From assembly GCF_000009705.1 (NCBI RefSeq), contig NC_003272.1:3060001-3092000 (forward strand): a stretch of DNA of 32,000 bases, in the 5' to 3' direction. The position numbers were made by a program, and so were the translations under genes. The DNA is from Nostoc sp. PCC 7120 = FACHB-418. GTDB taxonomy: Bacteria; Cyanobacteriota; Cyanobacteriia; Cyanobacteriales; Nostocaceae. A model generated the notes under the pieces. The model saw only the letters and a program-made list of their open reading frames with translations. It did not search any database and was not told the DNA's origin. Below, in pieces: positions 1-10,703 of this stretch; positions within the stretch are counted from its first letter, which is position 1, and the number at the start of each line of letters is the position of its first letter.

Positions 1-32
1 TAGGTAAATTCATGATACGCTCACTCTCCCGC

Positions 33-1250
33 TTACCTTTTTAACAAATGCCAACATTGTTGTGCGATCGCCCAATCTTCTTGAGTATGAATTACTAACA
101 CCCGTACTGTAGAATCAGCAGTGGCGATATCTATATCTACTGGTTTGTTTTGGTTCTTTTCTGGGTCAAGTTTTAACCCTAAAAACCCAAAGGCTTCACA
201 AGCTGCTTGGCGAATACCTGCTGATTTTTCCCCTACGCCTGCGGTAAACACCAACACATCCAAACCCCCCAGACTCGCCAACATGGAACCAATCCCAGAA
301 CGCAGCCGATGTACGTACATATCCCACGCCAGTTGGGCGCGGTAGTTACCTTGGGTAATGGCTTCTATGACCTGGGGTAAATCGCTGGAAACCCCAGAAA
401 TACCGCGTAAGCCGGAAGCTTTATTTAAAACATAGTCCAATCTTTCAGCAGAGTAATCTGATTGTCGCATTAAGTGAACAATGATCCCCGGATCGATGGC
501 ACCGGAACGACTACCCATCATCAACCCATCTAAAGGTGTGAAACCCATTGTAGTGTCAATACTGCGACCATTTTTAATTGCTGCCAAAGAGCAACCATTG
601 CCCAGATGGCAGGTAATTATCCGCAGAGATGCCAAATCTCGACCAAGGATTTGAGCCGCACGAGCCGAACAGTATTGGTGACTAATGCCATGAAATCCAT
701 AGCGGCGGATACCTTGTTCCACCCATTCAAAAGGGCCGGGATAAATAGCGGCGGCATCGGGTAGAGTGGCATGGAAGCCAGTATCAAACACTGCTACTTG
801 GGGAACATCACCCAAACTTTTTTCGATAGCTTCGATACCTTCCAAGGCGGCAGGATTATGTGCTGGGGCGAGGTTGGATAATTTAGCGATCGCCTGTTTC
901 ACTTCTTCAGTAATAATTACACTATGGCGGTAATTTTGCCCACCATGTACCACCCGATGTCCCACCACATCGATTTCGGATAATTGACCGATAACCTTAG
1001 TTGCACCGCGACTGAGGGTATAAAGCATATAGGTGACGTGTGCTTGACGGGAATCACCATATATAGACTCATGGAGCGTTTCACCTCTAGCTGTTTTGAC
1101 CTCAATTTCCGCCACACTTCTGTCTTGAGTCCAGTTAACTTTCCCTTCCCAAAGCGGCTGGGGTGCTTCACTCAGGAGAGCATCATCGGGAATTTCATAT
1201 AGACAACTCTTTTGGCTGCTTGAACCAGCATTCAAAATTAGTACTTTCAT
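33..1250 (-). CDS. ackA: Acetate kinase
   Basis: 405-aa ORF. N-terminus MKVLILNAGSSSQK and the VGHRVVHGG motif are typical of the acetate/propionate kinase family. The length fits a full-length protein. Confidence 0.93.
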   Translation of the reverse strand: MKVLILNAGSSSQKSCLYEIPDDALLSEAPQPLWEGKVNWTQDRSVAEIEVKTARGETLHESIYGDSRQAHVTYMLYTLSRGATKVIGQLSEIDVVGHRVVHGGQNYRHSVIITEEVKQAIAKLSNLAPAHNPAALEGIEAIEKSLGDVPQVAVFDTGFHATLPDAAAIYPGPFEWVEQGIRRYGFHGISHQYCSARAAQILGRDLASLRIITCHLGNGCSLAAIKNGRSIDTTMGFTPLDGLMMGSRSGAIDPGIIVHLMRQSDYSAERLDYVLNKASGLRGISGVSSDLPQVIEAITQGNYRAQLAWDMYVHRLRSGIGSMLASLGGLDVLVFTAGVGEKSAGIRQAACEAFGFLGLKLDPEKNQNKPVDIDIATADSTVRVLVIHTQEDWAIAQQCWHLLKR

Positions 1251-1350
1251 TACATTTACGTGATTCAGGTTTGTGAAGTGTGAGCTATATCATTTCCTAA
1301 TTTCAGGTATTTATTAAACTTATTACCGATATTTTAGGAAAAGCAAAGAC

Positions 1351-1746
1351 GTGAACCGTTTCCAAAAGCTATCCTCAATCGTGTTCCTGTTATTAGCTTT
1401 CATCTATCCGCCTACATTAGTTGAAGCTAAAGAGAATACTCTCAATAATGCTTTGAATGAGCAAACTATTGAAGCAGAAACAAACTTAGTCGAAGGTGAA
1501 CACAAAGAAACATTAATAGCTCACCGACAATATAGACGGCGTTATCACGGAAGAAGACGGGCTAGACGGCATTACCACAGACGGCGCTATCATAATCGGC
1601 ATTATTACAGGCATTACTATCGTAATGGACGTTATCGTGGTCGGCATTATCGTAGAGCAAATTATCGCGGTCAATACTATCGTCGTGGAGGATGGGAACT
1701 TGTTCGTGACCGTCATGGACGATTAATGTATGATTGGCAGCGTTAA
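1351..1746 (+). CDS. Secreted hypothetical protein with an Arg/Tyr/His-rich low-complexity tail
   Basis: GTG start preceded by AGGAAA. Sec-type signal (KLSSIVFLLLAFIYPPTLVEA|K), then an acidic segment. The tail has 23 Arg, 13 Tyr and 8 His in 57 residues. The first ~67 aa align without gaps to the downstream ORF at 2018-2389. Confidence 0.6.
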   Translation: MNRFQKLSSIVFLLLAFIYPPTLVEAKENTLNNALNEQTIEAETNLVEGEHKETLIAHRQYRRRYHGRRRARRHYHRRRYHNRHYYRHYYRNGRYRGRHYRRANYRGQYYRRGGWELVRDRHGRLMYDWQR

Positions 1747-2017
1747 TACCTAAAGGGTGTGTAGATAACCAGAAAGCTATGATTTGCGTAGGTTGGGGAC
1801 GTTATCAACAATCAGTCCCCACCCATCATCAAAGATGGTTTGATTGGTAAGTAATTTAACTGAATTATTCATGATTTATATCTGTGGTATGAGTTGCTTC
1901 TCTATTATTTGATGAACTTATAGGTAACAAAAATATCATTCTGAAGATAGAGACATAGGTATTTACTAAAATTCTATGTTTATCACTGGTATAAATTTTT
2001 TACTAAAGCTTAACAAA

Positions 2018-2389
2018 ATGAAAAGTGTTACCAAACTATCTTCAATCGCCATATTACTTTGTAGCTTAGTTTATCCCCCCCTGCTCACTGAGGCAAAAGC
2101 TACCACTATCAACAATAGTATTGATCAACAAAGTATTGAAACAGATGCAAACCTAATTAGTAATCAAACTGAAGGTTTTTTACTTGCTCAACGTCGGAGT
2201 GTGCGTAGAAGATATGTCCGTCCAGTTGTGCGTGGAAGATATACTCGTCCAGTTGTGCGTGGAAGATATACTCGTCCAGTTGTACGTGGAAGATATACTC
2301 GTCCAGTTGTACGTGGAAGATATGTCCGTCCAGTTGTGCGTGGAAGATATGTCCGTCCGGTCGTGCGTGGAAGATATATCCGTCGTTAA
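2018..2389 (+). CDS. Secreted hypothetical protein with six RPVVRGRY[T/V/I] nonapeptide repeats
   Basis: ATG at 2018 gives MKSVTKLSSIAILLCSLVYPPLLTEA|K, a signal peptide paralogous to ORF 1351-1746. The C-terminus is six in-frame 27-nt repeat units plus one degenerate unit. Confidence 0.6.
   Translation: MKSVTKLSSIAILLCSLVYPPLLTEAKATTINNSIDQQSIETDANLISNQTEGFLLAQRRSVRRRYVRPVVRGRYTRPVVRGRYTRPVVRGRYTRPVVRGRYVRPVVRGRYVRPVVRGRYIRR
2192..2380 (+). repeat. 27-bp tandem repeat: six near-perfect copies plus one degenerate leading copy, in frame within the CDS
   Basis: CGTCCAGTTGTGCGTGGAAGATATACT repeats head to tail from 2219 to 2380. Copies differ mainly in GTG/GTA and ACT/GTC/ATC, plus two silent changes in the sixth copy. 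A degenerate unit lies at 2192-2218. Confidence 0.95.
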
Positions 2390-2537
2390 TACCAATTCAT
2401 CATTAAGAAAGACCGATTTAGTCTAAATTTCTGGGTTTGGATATGTTAAATCCTTTGGGGGAAGAATATCAGGATTCAGGGCTGAAGATTTAGTAGTTAG
2501 TGGCTAGTTATTCCACTAACCACTAAGCTACCAAGTA

Positions 2538-3536
2538 CTAGTGACTTGCTACTACTTCTAGACGAGCTAGTCTTTCTGCTAGTAGTGTTTCTAACTCTTC
2601 TAGTGCTTTGGTAAAACCTTTGATACCTTCATCTAGTTTGTCATAAGCCATGCGATCGGCAGCGTGCATTTTGTCAAATGTAGCTTTATCGATGGAAATC
2701 TTGTCTATATCCAAAGTTGCTGCTTTAGCTGGGTCGAGTTTACGGGGTAGTTCACCAATGGTGGCTTGTAGTTCACCTAATAAACCAGGGGAAATCGTTA
2801 GTAAATCGCTACCTGCTAGTTCAGTAATTTCACCAATGTTACGGAAACTAGCTCCCATAACTTCGGTCTTATAGCCAAACTTCTTGTAGTAGTTGTAAAT
2901 TGTAGTAACTGATAATACACCTGGGTCTTCCGCAGAAGGGTAGCTATCACGTCCGGTTTCTTTTTTGTACCAGTCGAGAATCCGACCAACGAAGGGAGAA
3001 ATTAAGGTGATACCGGCTTCGGCACAAGCGATCGCCTGATGCAATCCAAACAACAATGTCAAGTTACAATGAATACCCTCTTTTTCCAGAATTTCCGCAG
3101 CCTTGATACCTTCCCAAGTAGAGGCAATTTTAATCAAAACCCGTTCTGGGCCAATACCAGCCGCTTTATATTGAGCGATTAATTCCCGTGCTTTGGTGAT
3201 AGTAGCTTCAGTATCGTAAGACAAGCGGGCATCTACTTCTGTAGAAACGCGACCAGGGATAATTTGTAAAATCTTTAATCCAAAGGATACCGCCAGACGG
3301 TCGAAAGCGAGGGAGACAATTTGACCTTTGCTAGCCCCTGCGCCTGCGTCTTTTTTAGCTTGGAGTAAGGTTTGATCAACAATTTCCTGATATTCTGGCA
3401 TTTTAGCGGCTGCCGTAATCAGAGAGGGATTGGTGGTCGCGTCGCGGGGTGTAAACTTTTCAATTGCTTGAATATCACCTGTATCAGCAACTACTACAGT
3501 CATTTCTCGCAATTGTTCTAGTAGATTTTTAGTCAT
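2538..3536 (-). CDS. tal: Transaldolase
   Basis: Motifs DATTNPSL and KIASTWEG. I chose the second ATG (MTKNLLEQL) because GGAG lies about 8 nt upstream. The ORF track extends to 3548. Confidence 0.92.
   Translation of the reverse strand: MTKNLLEQLREMTVVVADTGDIQAIEKFTPRDATTNPSLITAAAKMPEYQEIVDQTLLQAKKDAGAGASKGQIVSLAFDRLAVSFGLKILQIIPGRVSTEVDARLSYDTEATITKARELIAQYKAAGIGPERVLIKIASTWEGIKAAEILEKEGIHCNLTLLFGLHQAIACAEAGITLISPFVGRILDWYKKETGRDSYPSAEDPGVLSVTTIYNYYKKFGYKTEVMGASFRNIGEITELAGSDLLTISPGLLGELQATIGELPRKLDPAKAATLDIDKISIDKATFDKMHAADRMAYDKLDEGIKGFTKALEELETLLAERLARLEVVASH
3028..3035. repeat. HIP1 octamer GCGATCGC (one example of many)
   Basis: The same octamer also occurs at 64-71, 886-893, 20751-20758, 20953-20960 and many other sites. 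The highly iterated palindrome is a cyanobacterial genome signature. Confidence 0.9.
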
Positions 3537-3576
3537 AAAATACTCCATGATTTTAGTTTGTTAAGACTTACTTGCT

Positions 3577-3620
3577 TGGTTGCTAGATCCCCGACTTCTT
3601 GAAGTAGTCGGGAATCTGAC
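3577..3620. repeat. Dispersed palindromic repeat, copy 1 (TTGGTTGCT-AGATCCCCGACTTCTTGAAGTAGTCGGGAATCT)
   Basis: Imperfect hairpin in the pyk-tal spacer. A near-identical copy in the same orientation lies at 6653-6697. Confidence 0.85.
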
Positions 3621-3810
3621 CACCGTTAGTTATTGCTTTGGACTAATAAAAAATCCATAACACCTGCGTAAGCCCATTTTGTTTAGGATTTACCCTATCC
3701 CCTCTTCTTCACACCCTTTTTGATTCCTTACAATTCTGATTTTGGCAACTTTTCTTAACCATTGCCCAATTTGGCTAAGAAGCAAAAGCCTCAGACTTAT
3801 TCTAGGAATA

Positions 3811-5241
3811 TTAGGCGGTGATTGGTTGTCCAATAGAATGCACTTTAATTAAACTAGTTGTGCCTGATTTACCAATTGGCACTCCAGAAGTAATAACTAC
3901 CTTGTCACCGTCATGCACCAAACCCGTTCTCACGGCGGTGTTGATGAGATTCATAAACATTTCTTCCGCATTGTGGACTGGTGGGGTTAATAAAGGTTCC
4001 ACACCCCAAGAAAGTGCTAACTGATGGTAGGCGGTTTCGTCGGGGGTCAACGCAAAAATGGGTGTAGTCGGACGATATTTCGACACGAGCTTTGCTGTAC
4101 TCCCTGATGTGGTGTTGCAAAGAATCGCTTTTGCGCCTGTTTCGTAGGCGATACGACAGACCGCTTCAGCTACAGATTCGGTGACACTCAGACCACCTGC
4201 TTCATGGGATAAGCAATGTTTACTACCCTCTTGCAAAGACTTTTCTGTAGTCACGGCGATATCGTGCATAACCTGGACGGCGGCGACGGGATATTGTCCT
4301 ACAGCCGTTTCCCCAGAGAGCATGACGGCATCTGTACCATCGAGAATAGAGTTAGCAACGTCTGTAGCCTCCGCACGGGTGGGATCGGGAGCGCTAATCA
4401 TCGACTCTAGCATTTGCGTTGCTGTAATCACGGGCTTACCAGCTTGGTTGCAACGGCGAATGATGTCCTTTTGAATCAATGGGACTTCATGGATAGGCAT
4501 TTCCACACCCAAGTCACCACGAGCAATCATAATCGCATCAGCAACGTCGATGATAGAATCAATTTGCTCAACGGCTTCTGGACGTTCAATTTTGGCGATT
4601 ACCCGAATAGTTTTCCCCGCCGCTTCAATCATCCGTTGCGCTGGTTCGAGGTCATAAGGCGATCGCACAAAAGACACCGCCACCCAATCTACACTCAAAT
4701 CGATGCCAAAACGCAAATCCTGCAAGTCCTTTTCGGTGATGGAACTGACAGGTAAACGAGTCGCTGGCAGGTTAACACCCTTACGGGTAGAAAGAAGACC
4801 CCCGATTTTGGCAATAGCCCGAATGCGATCGGCATCGCGATCTGTCACAATCAACTTGACACGACCATCATTAATTAAGATTGGTTCCCCAGGTCGTACC
4901 ATTGCGAACAAGGTCGGCAAAGGTAAAGGCAATTCATCAAGACTACTACCCTTTTCTTGCAAGACAAAAGTCACTTCCTGACCAGCCTCTACCATTAACC
5001 CTTCTGGTGGTAAAGTTCCCAAGCGAATCTTCGGCCCGCATAGGTCTTGCATAATCGCCACAGGCTTTTGTCTGTCAGCACTGATTTGCCGCAAATACTG
5101 AGCAGTTTGGGCATGGAAGTCATAAGCTCCATGAGAAAAATTCAGCCGTGCTACATTCATCCCAGCTTCTACCAACGCTTCTAAACGTTCTGGTGCAGAT
5201 GTAGCCGGGCCTACAGTACAGATAATTTTAGTTCGACGCAT
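3811..5241 (-). CDS. pyk: Pyruvate kinase
   Basis: 476 aa. N-terminus MRRTKIICTVGPA, plus the NFSHG and MIARGDLGVE motifs. Confidence 0.93.
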   Translation of the reverse strand: MRRTKIICTVGPATSAPERLEALVEAGMNVARLNFSHGAYDFHAQTAQYLRQISADRQKPVAIMQDLCGPKIRLGTLPPEGLMVEAGQEVTFVLQEKGSSLDELPLPLPTLFAMVRPGEPILINDGRVKLIVTDRDADRIRAIAKIGGLLSTRKGVNLPATRLPVSSITEKDLQDLRFGIDLSVDWVAVSFVRSPYDLEPAQRMIEAAGKTIRVIAKIERPEAVEQIDSIIDVADAIMIARGDLGVEMPIHEVPLIQKDIIRRCNQAGKPVITATQMLESMISAPDPTRAEATDVANSILDGTDAVMLSGETAVGQYPVAAVQVMHDIAVTTEKSLQEGSKHCLSHEAGGLSVTESVAEAVCRIAYETGAKAILCNTTSGSTAKLVSKYRPTTPIFALTPDETAYHQLALSWGVEPLLTPPVHNAEEMFMNLINTAVRTGLVHDGDKVVITSGVPIGKSGTTSLIKVHSIGQPITA

Positions 5242-5248
5242 AGATATT

Positions 5249-5290
5249 GGGGATAGGGGATAGTGAACAGTGAACAGTTACGACTGACTA
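5249..5290. repeat. STRR-like heptamer array (GGGGATA x2, GTGAACA x2, then degenerate heptads)
   Basis: Read directly from the sequence. It lies immediately upstream of the pyk start codon (5241) in the minus-strand sense. Confidence 0.7.
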
Positions 5291-5346
5291 ACTGTTCTAA
5301 CTTTTCGCGTCATGTGGAAAAGTTAACGCCAAACCTAACCCCCCAG

Positions 5347-5410
5347 CCCCCTTCCCTACCAGGGAAGGGGGAGCAATCAAAGCCTCTCTCCTTGCAGGGG
5401 AGAGGTTTGG
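5347..5410. repeat. GC-rich double hairpin of a dispersed-repeat type
   Basis: CCCCCTTCCC-tacca-GGGAAGGGGG (5347-5371) is a perfect 10-bp stem. It is followed by CCTCTCTCC-ttgca-GGGGAGAGG. Both lie downstream of the gap1 stop (5473) on the minus strand. Confidence 0.6.
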
Positions 5411-5472
5411 AGAGGGGTTTTCCAGATACAGTGAAAAGTCAGACTAACTGCTCACCGAATAACTGATAACTG

Positions 5473-6525
<1,053 letters not shown>

Positions 6526-6652
6526 TCAAATTAATCTGGGCGTTTACCCTAGCTTCAACACTGCAAATAGCCAGGTGAATTTTAGTCTGACTGAGCTGAT
6601 CGTGACAGCCCCAGACGCTTTAAGCCCAATTACTTGGCATATTTTAAGGTTT

Positions 6653-6697
6653 TGGTTGCGAGATCCCCGACTTCTTCAAGAAGTCGGGGATCTGAGA
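6653..6697. repeat. Dispersed palindromic repeat, copy 2 (perfect 16-bp arms AGATCCCCGACTTCTT / AAGAAGTCGGGGATCT)
   Basis: The palindrome spans 6661-6693. It begins 14 nt downstream of the xfp stop on the minus strand, so it may act as a terminator or RNA-processing hairpin. Confidence 0.88.
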
Positions 6698-6710
6698 TCC
6701 TCCCTAGTCC

Positions 6711-9092
6711 CTAATACGGCCATTGCCAGTCACTAATGTCTGGCATATCTTCGCCGTGTTGGGAAATGTAGTGTTTGTGTTCGATGAGCTTGTCTTGTAG
6801 TTGTTGCTTGACGTAGGCTGCTTTGTAGCCCAGTTTTGGTACGCGATCAATTACGTCCATGACTAGATGGAAGCGATCGAGGTCGTTCAGCACAACCATA
6901 TCAAAGGGAGTGGTGGTGGTTCCTTCTTCCTTGTAACCGCGCACATGGAGGTTGTTGTGGTTGGGTTGGCGATAGGTTAGGCGATGGATTAGCCAAGGGT
7001 AGCCATGAAAGGCGAAAATAATGGGTTTGTCGGTAGTGAAAATAGTCTCGAAGTCTTTGGGATTTAGACCGTGGGGATGTTCTGTTTTGGGTTGTAGTGT
7101 CATCAAATCGACAACGTTGACTACCCGTACTTTTAAATCCGGGAAGTGTTGGCGCAAAATGTCTACAGCTGCCAAAGTTTCTAGGGTGGGAACATCTCCG
7201 GCGCAAGCCATGACTACATCTGGTTCACTACCTTGGTCGTTGCTAGCCCATTCCCAAATACCAATGCCTTTGGTGCAGTGTTTAACTGCTGCATCCATGT
7301 CTAGGAATTGTAATGCTGGCTGTTTACCTGCAACTATGACGTTGACATAGTTACGGCTTCTTAAACAGTGGTCTGTCACCGATAATAAGGTGTTGGCATC
7401 GGGGGGAAGATATACCCGAATGATCTCAGATTTTTTGTTAACTACATGATCGATAAATCCGGGGTCTTGGTGAGAGAATCCGTTATGGTCTTGTCGCCAA
7501 ACGTGGGAGGTCAGTAGGTAGTTGAGGGAAGCCACAGGTCTGCGCCATGAAATGTGGCGGGTGGTTTTCAACCATTTGGCGTGCTGGTTGAACATGGAGT
7601 CAATGATATGGATAAAGGCTTCGTAACAGGAGAAGAATCCATGACGACCTGTCAGCAGATATCCTTCTAACCATCCTTGACAGCAGGTTTCACTGAGGAT
7701 TTCCATCACCCGACCACTGGGATCAAGGTGGTCATCTTCTGGTAGCTTTTGAGCAACCCAAGTTCTATCGGTGACATCTAAGACGGCGTTGATGCGATTT
7801 GATGCTGTTTCATCAGGGCCGAAGACACGGAAGTTACGGCTGTCTAGGTTGAGCTTCATCACATCCCGCAGGAATTTGCCTGTGACTTGGGTGGCTTCCG
7901 CCATGACTCTACCTGGTTGGGGAACTTCAATGGCGTAGTTTTGAAAATCTGGCATCACCAGGTCACGCAACAGGATACCGCCGTTAGCGTGGGGATTATC
8001 TCCCATACGCCGATCGCCTTTTGGTGCTAATTCTGCTAATTCTGGTATGAGTTTGCCGTTAGCATCAAAGAGTTCTTCTGGTTTGTAACTCTTGAGCCAT
8101 TCTTCTAGTAATTTCAGGTGTTCTGGATTACCTGTAACATTGCCAAAGGGTACTTGGTGCGATCGCCAGTAATCTTCTGTTTTCTTGCCATCTACTTCTT
8201 TTGGCCCTGTCCATCCTTTGGGAGTCCTGAGGATAATCATCGGCCACTGGGGACGCTTGCTAAATCCATGTACACGGGCTTCTCTTTGGATACTGTGAAT
8301 TTCCGCAATCACTGTATCTAAAATAGCTGCCATCTGTTGATGCACAAGGGCGGGATCAGAACCTTCGACAAAATAAGGTTTGTATCCATAGCCGACAAAT
8401 AAGCTTTCTAACTCTTCGTAGCTTAACCGTGCTAGGACTGTGGGGTTAGCAATTTTATACCCATTGAGGTGGAGAATTGGCAGTACTGCGCCATCACTAG
8501 CCGGGTTGAGGAACTTGTTGGAATGCCAACTAGTAGCTAATGCGCCTGTTTCCGCTTCCCCATCACCAACAACAGCCGCCACAATTAAATCAGGATTATC
8601 AAAAGCCGCACCAAAGGCATGAACAAGAGCATAACCCAGTTCACCACCCTCATGAATTGAACCAGGGGTTTCCGGTGCTACGTGGCTGGGAATACCACCA
8701 GGGAAGGAGAACTGTTTGAAAAGTTTCTGCATCCCGCCAGCATCTTGGGAGATGTTGGGGTAATACTCGCTGTATGTCCCTTCTAGATAAGTATTCGCTA
8801 CCAGTCCAGGCCCGCCGTGACCAGGGCCGGCGATATAAACCATACTCTGGTCGTATTTCTTGATAATCCGATTGAGATGGACATAAATAAAGTTCAGTCC
8901 TGGCGTAGTTCCCCAGTGTCCTAAGAGACGGGGTTTAACGTGTTCTTTGTTGAGTGGTTCTCTTAGTAAGGGATTATCAAGTAGATAAATTTGTCCAACT
9001 GACAAATAGTTGGCTGCACGCCAGTAGGCGTTGATTTTATGCAGTTCTTCGTCTGTTAAAGGCTTTATCTGTGGAGGACTTGCTAAAGTCAT
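6711..9092 (-). CDS. xfp: Xylulose-5-phosphate/fructose-6-phosphate phosphoketolase
   Basis: About 793 aa. HEGGELGY signature and a ThDP-enzyme layout. I chose the ATG at 9092 (MTLASPP), which has GGAG 6-7 nt upstream. The ORF track begins at a TTG at 9104. Confidence 0.93.
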   Translation of the reverse strand: MTLASPPQIKPLTDEELHKINAYWRAANYLSVGQIYLLDNPLLREPLNKEHVKPRLLGHWGTTPGLNFIYVHLNRIIKKYDQSMVYIAGPGHGGPGLVANTYLEGTYSEYYPNISQDAGGMQKLFKQFSFPGGIPSHVAPETPGSIHEGGELGYALVHAFGAAFDNPDLIVAAVVGDGEAETGALATSWHSNKFLNPASDGAVLPILHLNGYKIANPTVLARLSYEELESLFVGYGYKPYFVEGSDPALVHQQMAAILDTVIAEIHSIQREARVHGFSKRPQWPMIILRTPKGWTGPKEVDGKKTEDYWRSHQVPFGNVTGNPEHLKLLEEWLKSYKPEELFDANGKLIPELAELAPKGDRRMGDNPHANGGILLRDLVMPDFQNYAIEVPQPGRVMAEATQVTGKFLRDVMKLNLDSRNFRVFGPDETASNRINAVLDVTDRTWVAQKLPEDDHLDPSGRVMEILSETCCQGWLEGYLLTGRHGFFSCYEAFIHIIDSMFNQHAKWLKTTRHISWRRPVASLNYLLTSHVWRQDHNGFSHQDPGFIDHVVNKKSEIIRVYLPPDANTLLSVTDHCLRSRNYVNVIVAGKQPALQFLDMDAAVKHCTKGIGIWEWASNDQGSEPDVVMACAGDVPTLETLAAVDILRQHFPDLKVRVVNVVDLMTLQPKTEHPHGLNPKDFETIFTTDKPIIFAFHGYPWLIHRLTYRQPNHNNLHVRGYKEEGTTTTPFDMVVLNDLDRFHLVMDVIDRVPKLGYKAAYVKQQLQDKLIEHKHYISQHGEDMPDISDWQWPY

Positions 9093-9442
9093 ATCAATCT
9101 CCAATTACACAATTATTTTGCCGGATTCGTTAGTATGCCAGTTTAGTGATCTACGGGATGCGATTCATCTTACTTGTGACGAATTTTTCCAGTGGCTAAC
9201 AGGGACTTTAGGCGTGATTAGCCAATTTTATACATTTGTACCCATCTAAAATAAGGCTAAAGAAATTCTGTTACTGGCTCCCCTGAAAGGTTAACAGACT
9301 TCACATTTTAGCGAGTAATTTTTAACATTAATTTTAGGTAATGTTAAGAAAGTCACAACGTAATTCAAAAAACAAATAACTACTATTTGTTTTTCGGTAT
9401 GACTAAATGGAGCTTTTGAGACAATTGCCAAAAATTGTTAAT

Positions 9443-9478
9443 AAAAAACTCTACCCACAGAGGGATAGAGTTTTTGTT
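9443..9478. terminator. Bidirectional terminator-like hairpin flanked by an A-run and a T-run
   Basis: AAAAAACTCTACCC-acaga-GGGATAGAGTTTTT, with one bulge in the stem. A T-run follows the stem on both strands. Confidence 0.5.
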
Positions 9479-9582
9479 AGTTGTGAGGATTCAGTGGTCG
9501 GTGGCACAAAACCTAACAACAGCCCGTCAGGAAAGTATTCAAGCAGAGTAAAGGGAACAGAGAATAGGCAACGGGCCACGCC

Positions 9583-9627
9583 ATAAAAATTGTCAGGGGT
9601 GTAAGTATTCCAAGTTACACCCCTGAC
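9583..9627 (-). terminator. Probable terminator of the ComB-like gene
   Basis: Perfect 13-bp stem GTCAGGGGTGTAA / TTACACCCCTGAC (9592-9604 and 9615-9627). AATTTTTAT follows it on the minus strand. It lies about 95 nt after the stop at 9722. Confidence 0.55.
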
Positions 9628-9721
9628 TCAAACCTTGGTTGTTTCGTTGATCCTGTGACAATCCTAAAAAATGCTAAATCTAAAAAAACAGAAAATTTCT
9701 TTAGTTACGGATTTTGCATAT

Positions 9722-10459
9722 TTAGTTTTTAGTTTTAAATACACCTGCTTCTTGCTGAATGGGCAAGACAGTTAAAACATCGGTTTGGGAACAATATTTT
9801 AGGTCTTCATAACATTCAAGGCGTAACAAACGTTTGCCGTGACTAGCATGATGGAATAATCCTAATAAATTGTTTTGCCATTGTGAGTAAAGAGCGATCG
9901 CACTAATCACTTCGTCATTACCAGCTAATTCCTCAGGGGGTAGCTGGGATTTTTCCACAACACTATGGGCGATCGCCCCAGCACAAGCGGTATCTTCTAA
10001 AGAATAACTACCTTCCCAGCCTGAGCCGACAATCCAGACTATTTCTGGTTGTTTTTCTAGAAGATATTGTACTACTGCTGCCCGGTTAATAAAGGCGGCT
10101 GTGAGAACAGTGGCAGAGTCTTGTACTCGTTTTAAAGCACGAGTACCATTAGTAGTACTAATAAACAAGCGTCGTCCCTCCACCAGTTCTGGTGTGCAGT
10201 CAAGGGGAGAGTTACCCAGTTCAAAACCAGTGACTTTCCCACCACCACGCTCTCCGGCTCGTAGCCGTTTTTGTGGAGGCCATGCTTCACTAACTGCAAT
10301 GAGTTCATCCAAATCGCTGAAGACTTGCACAGCTTCGCCACCAGCAGAAAGGACTGTGGCAATTGTGCTGGTAGCTCGTAAGACATCGACCGCGATCGCG
10401 CAGTCGGGAACCTGATCTTTGGGGGTTAATTCCGGAGTATGGTATACAAATAGCTTCAC
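9722..10459 (-). CDS. 2-phosphosulfolactate phosphatase (ComB) family protein
   Basis: 245 aa with a GTG start. The [15 protein letters not shown] motif is typical of the ComB/PF04029 family. Confidence 0.8.
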   Translation of the reverse strand: MKLFVYHTPELTPKDQVPDCAIAVDVLRATSTIATVLSAGGEAVQVFSDLDELIAVSEAWPPQKRLRAGERGGGKVTGFELGNSPLDCTPELVEGRRLFISTTNGTRALKRVQDSATVLTAAFINRAAVVQYLLEKQPEIVWIVGSGWEGSYSLEDTACAGAIAHSVVEKSQLPPEELAGNDEVISAIALYSQWQNNLLGLFHHASHGKRLLRLECYEDLKYCSQTDVLTVLPIQQEAGVFKTKN

Positions 10460-10703
10460 GCGGGGGATACACCTGCTCTAAATACTACTGTCGAGATTAC
10501 ATTCTAATGGGTGTCATTACCCATCATGACAGCTGAATTGAGCTTATTTTTTATAGTTAGGCAAGAGTATTTGCTATTGTGCAATCTCTATCAAATGACT
10601 GTAATCTGAAAAAAGGCCAGGGTCAGCAGGCAGAAGAAGAAATTCTGATTCAGCATTCCCCTTGACCCCTTATCCTCAAAGGGAACCCCACCTTCCCCAC
10701 TAC

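Noticed and set aside
2192-2380. Possible CRISPR array, because of regularly spaced repeats
   Set aside because: The units are contiguous with no spacers between them, they are 27 bp long, and they lie in frame inside a CDS. The only other direct repeat (14971-15032) has just two abutting copies. No cas genes are present.
2180-2426. ORFs 2180-2395 (-) and 2184-2426 (+), which overlap the nonapeptide-repeat gene
   Set aside because: Both are alternative-frame readings of the 27-bp tandem repeat. They have no signal peptide, no start context and no non-repeat sequence. The frame with the leader paralogous to ORF 1351-1746 is the coherent one.
5263-5466. 67-aa ORF in the gap1-pyk spacer
   Set aside because: It is composed of heptamer repeats and GC hairpin repeat modules (the PSLPGKGEQ...LQGRGLERG type of translation). 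It has no ribosome-binding site and is most likely non-coding repeat DNA.
6901-8622. ORFs nested inside xfp on both strands (6901-7206, 7021-7350, 8118-8321, 8440-8622)
   Set aside because: They lie wholly within a well-supported phosphoketolase CDS and have no recognisable motifs. Similar nested ORFs within ackA, tal, pyk, gap1, the ComB-like gene and the permease genes were dismissed for the same reason.
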